DNA of 64,000 bases from Klebsormidium nitens (lineage: Eukaryota; Plantae; Klebsormidiophyceae), in assembly GCA_000708835.1 (NCBI GenBank), contig DF237445.1, positions 1 to 64,000 on the forward strand. The letters run 5' to 3'. This document shows, in pieces, positions 51,346 through 64,000 of the stretch. Within the stretch, counting starts at the first letter, position 1. Each line of letters starts with the position of its first letter. The notes beneath the pieces were generated by a model, which saw only the letters and a program-made list of their open reading frames with translations, was not told the DNA's origin and made no database searches. The translations under genes and the position numbers were made by a program.

Positions 51346-54167
51346 ATGGCACACCCGTACTACACTCGCGCAAAAGACCTTCAGTACCGGGCTGCCGGCG
51401 TCCTCCCATTCGCTGTTGCCCCAGCCGGACAGGTTCTCATTCTGTTGGGCCGGGAGCGGGGTTGGGGTCCCCGCAGCCACACGCTGCGGTGGAAAGACTT
51501 TGGGGGGCACCGTGAGGCCATAGACGAGGACGCAGAATCGACAGCCGCACGCGAGTTCAGCGAAGAAACCCTAGGGTTGTTTGGCGGGCCGGAGGTCGCC
51601 ACCTGCAGCATTGCGGCGTCCACGTCAACAATGAGCGCGCGCCTGAGGAGTGCTGGTGGCGTCTTTAGGGTTGACGCGCCGTTGAGGAACGGCGGGAGCT
51701 ACTGCATGTTTGTGGCGCGAGTGGCGTACATCGATCCGCTGCTGTTCAACCTGGCGACGCAGGAGAATGCGGTGACTAAGGGAGTGGAGGGGGCGGAGAA
51801 GTGCGGGTTTGCGTGGGTGGAGGCGGGGCGGCTGCTGGCTGCGATTGAAGCGGAGGAGGCTGGGAGTGCGAAGAGCGCTCAGGAGAAAGCTCTGAAGAGG
51901 GAATGCAAAGGTTGTACTGAAGCGGCAGGCGACGCCGGTGGTGGCAAATCAGAGAAAGCGTGCCAAGTGGCGGCGAAGGGGACTAACACAAAGTCTGAGG
52001 TCGAAAGCAGCGGTGGGGCGTCTGCAAATGCAGGCGTGGGGGAAACAGTGAACGGCGGCGCTTCATTCCGTAGAAGCGTGGTGGCTGTGATGGTAAAAGG
52101 CCCCAAGCCTGCCCGGACAGCCAAATGCGGTCGACCCCGCAGCAAAGGCGATCACAGATTGTTGCTGCATTCCTCATTCGTGTGCACGTTGCGGCGCGCT
52201 CAAGCAGGGGGGCTGATGGATTTTCTGGCAGGGGCTTGTCAGGGGGGGCCGCCGAGCCAGCCAATCTTTCCGGCAGGGGGTACAGACTGGGAGGGCGGGC
52301 CAGGGAGTGTTACGCTGAAACGCAAGGAGAGGGAGGAGAAGGAGCGAGCGGGGAAGAAGCGGCGGTTGAGTTCGGAGTGCCTGGTGTACTGGGTCCTTCA
52401 TGCTAGGAAGATTGGGGCCTTGGAGGATGGTTTGGGAGTGGGAGACTTGGGAATCGACGAGGTTGTGGGACAGGGCAGGTCTGGGGAGAGCACTCGGCAA
52501 GCGGTGGCGGCGTCTGAGGACGGGAGTCGGATAGGGGTCGAGCCGGGGTGCATTGGTGATGGTCAGGAAGGGCTCCAGCCACAGGAGAGGTGTCGGGTCG
52601 ATGTGCGCGTCATTCAGCGGTCCAGCAACATTGCAAAAGCGAGCAATGGAATGTAAGTGCAGGCGTTGGCTGGCAAGCCGCATTCGGGGCTTTGTGAGCG
52701 GAGTTCCGGTCAGCAAGGATTGGCGGGATCCGAGGTCGAGGGCAGCAAAATGCAAGATACTCAAAGCGCACCCAGGCAAAAGAGAGGCGTGGAAAGTGGT
52801 GGGAGGGAGTTCTTGGACACGTTTCCAGCGGAGCAAAGGAGTACGGTCGCGGGCGCGTTCCACGAGGCTGCCAGGAGTGGCGAAGGGGAGCCGGCGGCGG
52901 TGGTAGCGAGCGTCCTTGCGCGCGCTGCCTTGAAAGTGCAGCAACTGCGGTGAGGCTTCTCCGCTGCATTGTCGTCCCTGAGGCTAACATTCAATGGAGG
53001 TGGCTACATTCTAACGTCGTTGGGGAGACATGAAAAGAGTATTGGTTCCAGAAGGCGTGCAGCAATCAAAGATTGCTTCCGCTGCCAGGCAAAAGGTGCT
53101 TCTTGTCTCCAACCGCTTTCCTATCGAGCAACAGCCACTCAATTGATGGCACAGGAGTATTTCGTGTTACCGTTTAGAACTTCGAGTTGAAGAACTGAAA
53201 ACCCAGTGACCTTCACGAGGAGAATTGCATTACGTCTGGAAGCAGTGCAACAAGAATGAAGTACTTAGTAGGAATATAGCAAGGCGTATAGCAAGGCGTA
53301 TAGCAAGGCGTTTGCTGTGTAGCTTTCCAATATCTTGAACATACCAGTGCACCCAATACCTTGGCATGATAAATCCCTCTGAGTGTCTCGAGCTCCGTGA
53401 CGTCGTTTACCTTATCCAGTTCGGGTCGAGCACATCCGAGGTCGTATCGCTGTGACACTCTCCTTCGACGCAATGATGTGGATGCCGAAATCTGCTCGAA
53501 AACGGCCTAAATCGCTTCGACTCCCCGTTCCTGCAGGTTGACCACTGCCCCAGCCACTGCCCCAGATGCCTTCCAACAGTCTGCTCCCGTCGACCTGCCC
53601 CCCTTGCGCCCTGCCGATTCCGTAGGGGCCAGACCGCAGTACTCGCACTCAGACAACCCTGCGTCAGCAGCCCCCCCGGTTGTCTCTGCGCGTTTTGCGA
53701 ACAGATTGACGACAGCCAGCCTTGTACATAAAGACGACCCTCTCTTAGCCGCTCTCGGCTCAGCAGCCGCTCCGTCCCTTGTACATAAGATTGAGGACGC
53801 GGCAGATCCTCAATCCGGCTTCCCCCTTGTAGATAGAAACCGTATCGACGAAGTCGGACTGGGTGTTGCAGGCCGAAATGAAGCCCCGTCCTGGGAACTG
53901 TACGCTAGAAGATATGCTCTGGGCAGCAGCGGTCGGGAAACCGGAGACGGGCCTGTAGAACAAAGCAACTGTGCGAAAAGTGCACTTTTCACCCCAGGCG
54001 CTCAAGCGGCAGCGGCTGCTTGGGCGGAACTGGAGCGTCAACTGAGAGGGATCCCTCCGGAAGGGGCGCTCGCTTATGCTCGCTCGGTCATCGAGTGGGG
54101 TTCTCTGGGAGATGCGGAAAAGAGGAGGAGGAAGAAGCGAAGGCGGCTGGCGGTGGGCCGTAGGTAG
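51346..54167 (+). CDS. Nudix hydrolase-domain protein with a long low-complexity C-terminal region and a basic NLS-like end; exons 51346-52652 and 53537-54167
   Basis: AAGVLPF...LILLGRE...WKDFGGHREAIDEDAESTAAREFSEETLG (Nudix box). The donor AT|gtaagt at 52653 joins the acceptor ctgcag|G at 53537 in frame (ATG TTG ACC). Ends KRRRKKRRRLAVGRR*. Confidence 0.8.
53275..53310. repeat. 12-bp tandem repeat (TATAGCAAGGCG) x3 in the Nudix gene intron
   Basis: Three exact copies read directly. Confidence 0.9.
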
Positions 54168-55141
54168 TCGACGCACCTTGAACAATGAGTTGGGGTACAA
54201 CCTTCAGCGATGCGCACTGTCAAAGTGTTGGGACCAGAGAGAGTAGGCGCCGCCGGTTGCCCTGTACATACACTGTTGTAAATAATCGGAAAGGCCGTCC
54301 TTTTATTGGCATACTCCTCTCATTCAACAATCAAGCCTGTGCTCGAATGGAAAAAGGGGTCGTTATGCTGACAGCGTGAATGGCGCAAAGGATGTGCAGA
54401 TTGATCCTGATGTGGGAAGGAATAAGGGGGCCGTTGTGTGCTTGCACGTAGCTGCATGCACGACGCTGGATCGACAGCCTTACTTAAGGTTCCATTTAGC
54501 TAGCTCATGTGGTATATATTCAATAACCTGTTGGAACTTAGGAATTGTAAATTGATCAACTCGAGTTTGTGACTCGCGCTGTAATGCCGGCAAGGCTATA
54601 CATACGTTTAAAGGAGCTCAGACATCCATGCTTCTCCTTTACTAGCCCTTCCGACTTGATTTCTCTTCTGGGTAACGTTCTGTTTCCAGCGCCGAACAGC
54701 TAGGCCGGCGCGTGGGTCGTGGCGCCGGGTACAACGGATATTGCAAAATAGCGCATGCACATCATTCCATAACATGTGCATACCAATGTGTCACTGCAAC
54801 TTGGTTGATTCATTCAAGGACAGTATGTTGTGCCATGTCTCGAAGCCCCGCTTCGACAACACAATCCTCTGTTGCACAGCACTCTTGCACCACCTCCGAT
54901 ATGTGCATCCGACGAAGGTGATGAAGCCCGCGTGCGCAATGGTTCTCTGTCATGAGACCAAGGACAGATGGGAGAATGAAATGTTGCTGCATAAGCTGTT
55001 TCTCCAAGCACTCAAAGTACATAACAGTAGTGCAATTTTGCCGCGTGCTATTGTTACATACAAGATACGACGCAATTCTGTATACAGCAGTCGAGTTCGT
55101 ATCCCGCGAATGGCAGAAGGACTGAGCAACAAGACTCGTCA

Positions 55142-56420
55142 TTAACTATAATGACCCTCAATTTCAACGACTAGGCTGTTGTGAGCTCTAGCCATCGGTT
55201 CGCTGACAAGTTGATGGAGGCCCGTTCCATAAACCCTCCAAGTAGGCCCCCAGGGCTCAGGCTGTCCTCCAGCTCCAGGACGGAACGAAAAAGACCTGCT
55301 TATCGTGAGCTTCGAATTGCGCAGAAGCAGCTGGTAATCGATTTCAATTACGATATTGTTCTTGGGTATCTCCTCTCCTAAGTTGCTGACGTGAAGCGGA
55401 GCAGATTTGAGACAGACGCCCTTATCCGTCACAATTACAGTCCACCACCGTGTATGAGGTCCCGAGAACTCCGAAAAGGTGTACTCCATTCTTGAATCGG
55501 CGCCAGTCAGCTTCTCCATAACGGAAACAAACGTGCACCGAGCTGTGAAACCCTTCCCTTCTACATCTTCCGTAACGATCACCCCTTGGAGTCAAGGCCT
55601 CGAGGCCGTTAACCAAACCTTGCAGATTCCAGTACCGCGCTTGCGCAAGCAGCGCCGGATCCCGTTCCGCCGGAATCGCTCCGGTCGCCAGGTACTCCAC
55701 GATGGGCGCCCACCGGTGCGGGTGGCACGTGACGATTGCGCGCCCCTCTGCATTGCGCGCGTAGTCCCACTCGCCGCCGTACATCTTGTATAGGTGAGAC
55801 TCCGGATCGGACGCCAGGACGCTCCGGGGAAGGGATCCCTCTTGGCCGTTCAGCGCGAGCACGTAATGGAACCGCTCGCGATCATTTTCGCACAGCCCAA
55901 CGGCCTCGCAGGTACGCCTGAGTTCGTCCTCAAGGCCTGCGATTGTCCGCTCGCTTTCGGTTTCCCTTTCCAACATTGCAGTCCGCAGCGCAACCAGATT
56001 CGCATGGATGACGTCATTCTGTGCTCTTGCTTGCGCAAGCTCTTCGCTCAGCGCCGCGACGCGCGCTTGCAGAACGACCGTCTTCGAGCGGGCCTCCCCC
56101 GCGGCCGCCTGCGCTTCCGCCGAGCGCGCGGTTTCCGCACGGAGAGCGACGCAAGCCAGCTTCACGAACTTCCTCAGGGCTTTCAACTCAGCCTTGAGCT
56201 CGCTCTGTTCGAGCGCTTCAACCGCGACTGGTTGAACAACCGAGGACTCGAGTGGAACAGCCTGTTCAGGGAACGGTCTCTGTCCACCAAGACCTTCTGA
56301 TGAGATCGAAGGCGTACACTCGAAAGCAACCAGGGGAGAGCTGGATGCCTCTTCTGGGCAGCCCGCTTCGCTTTTCTTGAGCGAGTGCCCTAACAAGGAC
56401 TTCACCATTTTCAGGGCCAT
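55142..56420 (-). pseudogene. Coiled-coil + BTB/POZ (KCTD-like) protein gene interrupted by a single-base frameshift (pseudogene or assembly error)
   Basis: ORF 56420-55422 encodes a coiled coil, then FHYVLALNG...SVLASDPESHLYKMY...RWAPIVEYLATG...LLAQARYWNLQGLV (BTB-like). Protein-like sequence continues in another frame (ORF 55582-55142) from the CCAAGGGG at about 55582-55589. Confidence 0.65.
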
Positions 56421-58351
56421 CTGCGGTTAAGGTAGAAAAAAGACAGATCAAAGTCACTACGTTGGCGGCATCCCAACCTCTCGCATGCCAATGAAGTTCT
56501 GAAGTTGATCGATCCAACTCATCGCCGTGGACAATACTGCGCCTGTGACCTAGAGGAGCGGAAAACTTGCGAAATGGTTGTGCCGAAAGCAGATAACCTT
56601 CGAGCAAAGCACCTGCATGTGCGCAGAACACCTTCGGCACGCAAGCGGTGTCAATGGAAGTGGTCGCGATCGAGTGATGTGGAAATCGGGCGGAAGTCCC
56701 ACCTAAAGGACGTTGAAGGTTCATACTAATGGTAATGTTTTCGCGGCCCGGCTGAAAAGAATAATTCCTCGTCGAAGACTACTTGACTGGCTAAAGTGAA
56801 ACAGACGAATGAGAGGGACGTTGACTGCGGTACAGTACGAAACACCTGTGTGTCCATGATGAAGCAAGCAGCCTGAGTCGATTCAGTCCCAATCTGGTAG
56901 CAGAAAACACACGCACTTGAAGTGACCAAGACAAGGGGAGCAGCGATTGAACAAAAGCATCTTCTGCTCTAGGAAAAGGAGGATGAGGGAATTGAGCCTT
57001 CAGCGGTTGTCTGCACGGTTCATTTCGGGTCTGGCTTACACTATTACGTCACTTCGCCCCCTTGCAGCTAAACGGCAAGAAACTGTCCAGCGTCCAGTTG
57101 GAAGCAAGGAAAATTGCAAAGAAAGCAGGGTGGAGCGAAACATACGAATCGCTGAGGCAAGAGCTTACTGAGTGAGCCCGTCTTCTTTCTGACCCTTGTT
57201 GAAAGCCTGACAATGGATTTCATATTGTGACAAGCCCTGGACTGAATCCATCCATGTTACAACGAGCAAGTATCTTTGGAAGTGCTTAAGAAGAATCTTT
57301 GAACAAAAAACTCTCCGCAGATTAATCACTCGCTCAGCAACCTTGCATGGCTAGAAACAACGTGCTATATGCATCAAGCGCATTTCGTCGTCTTACCGCA
57401 CTCCTCTCAACAAAACGAGGGTCTACCAGCTGAGGAAAATCCGTCCGCTTGAAGCTAAGCTAGCCTAGTTGAGGACTCTAGGGGCGCCCTGGGTATAGTA
57501 GCGTGCATTAGCGTGCCCAAAAGTGTCTATGATTCTTCTGGAGCAACTGCCAGTCGGGAATATGACGTCGTTCTCTGCAATCTGGACGCCTTGGCTGTCA
57601 CACGTGCTCCCTCGCTGATTGTGAGGAGTGATGCACAGGGAGTGCTCTCAGGATTCAAAGCAGTTTTCCCTCCCCCAGACCTAGAATCCCAATCAACAGC
57701 TCAAAGAAATAGGACGGTGACCTTGCATGTCACAAGACAATGAGAAATGGTTTCATCCTTAACATCGCGCATCTGTCCAATGCTTAGGACTTCTGATTCA
57801 CTTCTACCGGCTTAACTCTGAAAGTCTTGCGCTTTGAACCAGCTAACTATAGTCAGATCTAGATGATCTTTCGGATGCCGCGCAGCAATCCGTCAACGCG
57901 GCCGGCCGCGCACGGGGTGGCCGCCGGGGGGCCGGCCGCCCCGGTGCGCACCGCAAAGGGTTTGGGAAGGTTTCGTTCCGGTGCGACCGAGTCATTCCGA
58001 CCGACTCGGTTCCGGCCTTCAAACGTGAAGTTACAGACGCCCATATCTGCAAAGTCCAATGGGCAGGGGCAATCTTGACAGCAAGTGCGCTTTGCAATGC
58101 CTTTCTCGACATCCGCAGCGAGCTGCTGTCTGCGGCGATTGCGTTGCAGTGTTCCATTCGAGAGGAGTCACAGGGTTCCAGCAGATTGCTGGCAAAGCAG
58201 AGATCTGATTGCAAGAAAGCAGATTTCTGAATCGGCGACGCTCTTGCCAACAAATTTGAGGACAAATAAACACCGTGATAGCATTCTCTCTGAGCAGAGC
58301 AAGAGGAGATTCCACAACCGCAGCCTGATTGCCACTGATTACAGACTTAGG

Positions 58352-59240
58352 ATGTCAGCGGAAAGTAAGGATTCTGGAGCTTCCCCTAGTGCACCACCAG
58401 CCAAAGCAGATGTAAGACCTGCTAGCGATGCTGTAAAGGGTGCTGATGACAGTCCGATCGTTCAGTATCTAGTCATCAGGAAAGATCTGGTGGAAGTTGA
58501 GAAGTGGCCCCTGGGTGCATTGCTCGCTCAGGCAAGCCACGCAGCTGTTGCTGCAGTTTGGTTGAACAGAGAAGATCCTGCCACCATTGAGTACTGCTCA
58601 GGAACGAACCTGGACAACATGCATAAGGTGAGAGTTGTTTGATACTCATTTTCCACCACCATGTCAGCATTCCCTTCAAAATGATTGCTTCTGACGTTGT
58701 TTTGGAATCACTGCAACGCCCACTTAATTCACTCAGTTCATGTCCACAATGATCATCATACTTGAGAATCACTTCCCCCGCCAAACAGACACACTTCCCC
58801 CGCCAGACAGACACTGTCAATCACAGCAACCACCATTCGTCGCTACCATAAGCATTTGCTTAAGCCCCATCAACGACCTTGCCTTGCTGAGAAAGAGACA
58901 GAAAAGTATCTGAGCGCTGAGCTGACCAAATGTTTGGGGGCCCAGGCTCGAGTTTCTTCCTTTTGAAAATTTTGAGGACTCATTGCACTGCTTATCTTCG
59001 AAACCGTTTACCAAAGCTGTTGCAGATTGAGTCATCTGGTTCCTGACCTGGCTGCAGGTAGTCTTGGAACTTAAGAACGAGGTGCAGTTGAGAAACTTTT
59101 CAGAGAAGCTAGAAGCCAAAGGTGTAAAACACAAGCTGTGGATGGAGCAGCCTGAAAACATTCCAACGTGTTTAGCTACAAAACCTTACAAGAAGTCGGA
59201 TATTGCAGACGAGTTTATAAAGTGCAAGTTATGCCGATAG
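58352..59240 (+). CDS. PTRHD1: Peptidyl-tRNA hydrolase PTH2-family protein PTRHD1, 2 exons
   Basis: IVQYLVIRKDL...WPLGALLAQASHAAVAA...LDNMHK|VVLE...KLEAKGVKHKLWMEQPENIPTCLATKPY. Stop TAG at 59238-59240. Confidence 0.93.
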
Positions 59241-60184
59241 CAGGGAGAATTTATTATCCCAAATCACTCTCAGGGCACCGAATTATCTTAGCATTTTTGC
59301 GATGCCGGATGCGTGTCACTTCCTGGCAAGCAAAATGACAGGTGTTGGTACCTCTTATTGAGCTGCCAGAGATGCCATCTTTGCGGATGTGATTCAGCAG
59401 CATTCACGCTAAGACCATTCAAGCTGCCGAAACATACCATCAAAGACTGAACGCATGCTGAAATTGAGCTGCCCTTTTGTCTGCCAGCTTGGCCGGTTCG
59501 TTGTAACAATATGCGCGTCCCATCAGTATGAGAAGCCTATGGCCTATTTGGCTACGGCGAGAACGAAAAGCGATCATCACCCAAAAGTTGCAATGGCAGA
59601 ACTCAGCTTCAATCAAAATGACACATACAGGGCCATGGCCACCATGCATGATGGTATCTTGGCACAGGCCGACTAGTGTACCTAGACAGCTTACTTGTTA
59701 ATAATCAAATTCGGCCTGCAGTTGCAAATGATTCATCGCAGAGAGAAAAAGACTTGCATTGAAGGCAACAGTGATTCGATCATCGGTTCTCAAAAACGCT
59801 CTGGTTGTCGAGTGGCAAGCATCATGAGAGGCCGGATCCCGGGTCTGTGCAGTTAGTCAGTCGCGCTAGCTGTCAGCAAGACAACGATGATTACGTCCTC
59901 GTGACCATCGCATGCAGCGCCCGTTTGATGATAAAGTCGAAGTTCGACAACAAAATCATTCAAGGCCGTGCATGGTGTGAATTGTGCATTTGCAGAGTGA
60001 CTGTCCCATTGATAATCATACGAGGAATAACATGTTATTCCATACGTATGCATACTTAAAACAGTCTGATCTCGTTAGATGCCCGCCTTGACCTAGGGAA
60101 TTGTGTGAGACATGGGCTAAAGCCAAAGGCTCCGAGCAGAAAGCTTTCAATCACGCCCTTTACGTCTCAGAAGCTCTAACATTC

Positions 60185-63100
60185 TTACGACGTCGACCCT
60201 GCCACTTTCACCATCTCCTGAACATCGACCATCTTCTCTCGCGGCTTCCCTTTATCCGCCCCCCGCTCGACCTCGACGGCGTCTATCCTCTTCCACCCCT
60301 CGAAAGGCACGTGGGTTACGCCCTTGTCCCGCAGCAAAAGCCTCAGCCCCTCGCCGCCTTGCCGAGCGGCGTCGAACCCGCCAATAAGGCCTCGCTTTGC
60401 GTCTTCAGCAATGCTGGCAACCTGCAGCGGTGCCGATTCGATCAAAGATGCGAACAGAAGCAAGCTGCGCGTAATTGCTGCTCCGCACGCCACGAATGCC
60501 GCTCTGCATTGACGATGTCAAGTGACAGAACATTCGAAGCACACGGGATCCACGAGAAGGGTCTTTTCGCCCTCGGATCGAAATTTGGCGACATGGATCA
60601 GCAATAAAAGGCACATGAACGAAAGCATCAACCACAATTCACAAAGTAACACAATCAACACCGATCCTGCCTTCGGACGCAACCTGATTGAAGCCACTTC
60701 CCCTTCCAGGAACATTAATCGCACATGCAAATGAGCATTCTCACCGTTTCTTCCGCGTCGATCAGGTTCGTTCCGATAATTCCGGTGGGGCCCCGCTTAA
60801 GCCAGCCCACTACGTACAGCCCCGGAACCTCCCCCGCTGGCGCCCCGCTCGCGCTCGCGCTCGCGCCTTCGCTGCTAAGAACCCGGCCCTGCTGGTGCGG
60901 GACCACACCTGCGAAAATGTAAGACGGGCTGGATGACACCGGTTTTCTCTTAAGGAGCAGAACGTCGACAATCTGCATTTCCAGTCAAACGCGTGCCTGA
61001 AGTCAAGCTTTCCAACGGGACATACCCTAAATGCTTGTACGATAGCTACACACACGTGAAGGCGGAGTTCAAGGCGTTGTTCAAGGCGTATGTGAATTGC
61101 TCCGTTGAGGTTTTGCAACGACCGACGGCGCCGTTGAGGCGCATGAAGCAAGCAGCCCGAGCTTCCAGCACTGCAGATCTGCAGTCTGCGTTCACTTCAA
61201 TCGAGAGAAACAAGAAAACGCATCACAACGCAGACCTTAACGGGATCCGTACCATGCAATTACGGAATAGGTAGCAATAAGACGTGAAGGAGTTTATAAA
61301 GAGACCTCCCCTTTCTAAAGTAACATTCGAATTCTGGCTTCGGATACTGCTGATGGATGGTCTGATAGAGGCCTTTCCACGATTTCTCAGATACCCCGTC
61401 ATAAACGTGTTCGTTCTTACCCTTTTGGTAGTCGAAGGGGAGGCCCGGCACTGGCAGCGACTTGTAGCCTATACTCCGCAGCACCAGCCTGCAAGACAAT
61501 GACCCAATCCTTACTGCGATCACACTTCTTACCCGGATGGAGGAGGAACTCTCTGGAGCCAACGGCGTTGCTGACGAGCTCCGCAGAAAAGGGTTTCGGC
61601 CCGACATCGAAACCGCTCGACAACTGCAGCCGGACTAGAACGTACGTTTGCGGGACAGCAAAGATACTAGAAGCTGGCCATCTGCCCAATTGTAGCAAAA
61701 CCTGTCAGAGCTGGGTTTCGCATCTCACCCGGCCGGCACGTCTTCGAATTCTGCAAGACCGACCGCCCTCTGGGACCTGCCGTTGCCTCCTCCTGCACAA
61801 ACCCACGGTGTAAACCCAACCCGTTTTCTTTTGCTATCTTCCGAGTTCGGAAGAGTTTGGTGCTTCGAAAAAGCAGAGTAGCCACGTTTACGAGCTCAGC
61901 ATTGCAGTATAGTAGACTTATCGGTTAGTTGAGCAGATGCCAAGGAGGGTTTCAGGATCTTAGTCCGTATCCCTTGAGATGTGACGAGGGAAATGTGTCT
62001 GTGTCGAAACATCTCACTACATCTGTTGTTTTCGGTCTAGTTTTGTAGAAGCAGCTTGCGACCAAGCTGGCGCAACTTTACTAACTGTTCGCTCTTTAGA
62101 CAGTCTTACCAGGGTACTGCACAATATTCGAGACGGGTATACTACCCCACGAAAGGGCCGCATATGAATCACTTTCATTTACGATCTCGTACCGACCCGG
62201 AGTGCTGGTCCCTGTGATAAAAGCTCACCTTCTAGCCGGGTCTTCTGGAACCGCACTCCCCCGACCGTCTGCTTCCCTTGCTCGTCCTTCGACGCGTAGA
62301 AGCTGACCGGCGACCGAAAGAACACCCACTCGAGCTCCTTGGTCGCCCCCGCTGGCGGTGGTCTGGAAGCAGCCTTCTGAAGGAGGTCGAAGACGCGCCG
62401 ATGCGTGCGGCTCGCTTTCATCTCCTCCTGAAAAGCACATAGCATTATTCGGTAGGAAAAACGACGTCTACCACGTGATAGCAACCGGAGGCTCTTTCCT
62501 TTTGATTTTCGTTTGAATGGAGAGGGGAGATTGTTTCCTGATGCTCGTCATATTTGCGGATCGCTCACGGATGGTTTCAATCCTTCCATCCAAGTGGCAC
62601 GGCCAACTTTTCCATGTAAGGTCTGTGAAGAATATATCTGAGCGCTATGTGTTAGCGGGGCTAAGTGTGCACGGCGTTTGTTGACTTTGCGAAGATCAGA
62701 GTGGCAAAAATGATGTTCAAGCGCCCGAGCCCGGCGTGGGTAAAGCACAAGTTCTTGCAGATCTTGAACCAATGAGGTGGTTGCAAGACGAGCAAACGAA
62801 AACAGAACAAGTGGTGAATGCTTCACTAGCAAACTAGATGGGCTGGTGTTCCAACAAAACTATAAAAGTCAGTGCCAGCGTACCTGGTCCAGGGCTGTCG
62901 TTTGCAGGTCGCTGTCGTGTATGGTAATTTTAACGTCCTTAAGCCCTGTAGCAAGGCCACCGCCTGTGTCGAAAACAGGGAGCATGCTTAAATCAAGGCC
63001 GTCACTGCCTCGAGCGGTCGAGTTGACGAGCAGAGTTATAAGAAACTCTACACTCATGACAAAAGTAGGCCACCAGTTCGACTCTCAAGCGCTTCGCTTT

Positions 63101-63810
63101 CACAGAGTACGTACCCGGCAATAATAGTAGCTTGCACCAAGAGATTGGCAGAAACCCCACTCCCCCTGAACTTCGAGCAGTAAAGTTGCAGGCTCTTTCT
63201 TCTCACGACTCACCCAGGATCTCCCGTACTTCTTTCGCCGTGCACGCCGCTTGCGCAGGCCCCCGCCGCCCCACGACGAGCACCCGCCGCACCTTGCTCT
63301 TCCGCAGCGCCTCGAGAGCGTGGGCCGCAATGTCCGTTTTAGCGAGCTCGTCCGTGTTGCGCAGCAAAATGCGGGCGCAATCCAAGGCTACGTTGCCCTG
63401 CAAAAGGAACTCATCGATGAGAGTGCTGATGAGGAAGCGTCGTACAGCGACAGGACAATAAGTGGCTTCTCGCGAAGTAAGGAGGTTGTCGCGGCTTCGC
63501 AAAAGCGCCAAAGATTGTGAAAATCGGGAACAAGGTTGCTTGAAAAGCAGTCATAAATAGTGCCAAACAGTCTTTGACTATCACTTTGTGACGAAGATGC
63601 GAAGATACAACCTCTTGACGAGCTGATTTTGCCATTTAGAATTCGCCTAAGCAGCCAGGAAAAGTAGGTGACGGCAGCGCGTCGCATGCTGACTTGCCCC
63701 AGGATGACAGCGGTCTCGGCCGACTCCAAGTCCACTGGAAGAGAAACGTAGTCAGGATGCCCGTTGTACCACCATACGAACTCGCGAGCCGACAGAACGT
63801 TCGGCAGGTC
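60185..63810 (-). CDS. MFDR: NADPH:adrenodoxin (mitochondrial ferredoxin) oxidoreductase, 3' part; 5' exons lie beyond the window end
   Basis: SAREFVWWYNGHPD, VILGQ|GNVALDCARIL, VGRRGPAQAACTAKE, FFRSPV, LVLRSIGYKS, GLYVVGWLKRGPTGIIGTNLIDAEET, WKRIDAVEVERG...KPREK. Confidence 0.95.
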
Positions 63811-64000
63811 CTGCGAGCAGACGGATCGACCGTGAGCAGCTGCATACGAGTGCGACGGTGCGTTGAGGGCCGAACGCAACAGTGGCAGCAAAAGTATCCA
63901 TTACAAAAACAGAAGGCCTGCCTCGTCTTCTGGTGACATATCGGGTAAGGGTGCTCTAATTAGTAAGCGTCGTAGTAAGCCGTGTACGGTGGAAAAGCTC

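Noticed and set aside
52174-52944. 256-aa minus-strand ORF
   Set aside because: Antisense to the GC-rich Nudix exon; low-complexity, shadow-like composition.
54712-55145. Cys/His-rich ORFs (69-134 aa)
   Set aside because: They result from TGCA/CATG-rich intergenic composition; no coherent metal-binding motif.

Overview
Eukaryotic nuclear DNA, moderately GC-rich and intron-dense (GT-AG introns of about 150-700 nt), most consistent with a streptophyte green alga such as Klebsormidium (inferred from gene content and style, not from a database match). Hand-spliced genes, left to right: Deg1 protease (-, runs off the left edge), RCC1-repeat + HECT E3 ligase of small-HERC architecture (+), threonine synthase (-), MUT-7/EXD3-like exonuclease (+), aspartylglucosaminidase (-), plastid IscA (+), plastid FAD-dependent amine-oxidase/desaturase-family enzyme (-), PsbP-like protein (+), an unresolved stretch probably holding a hypothetical minus-strand gene, a Nudix protein whose domain resembles giant-virus Nudix enzymes (+), a frameshifted coiled-coil/BTB gene (-), PTRHD1 (+) and adrenodoxin reductase (-, runs off the right edge). 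The identifiable genes alternate strand throughout. Non-coding highlights: several short foldback/MITE-like elements (two with unusual 12-bp flanking direct repeats, two sharing a G-rich telomere-like core inside unrelated termini), a dense GTAC double-hairpin array upstream of the Fe-S gene, four GC-AG introns, and two consecutive in-frame stop-free introns in the HERC gene. No rRNA, tRNA or CRISPR array was recognised.
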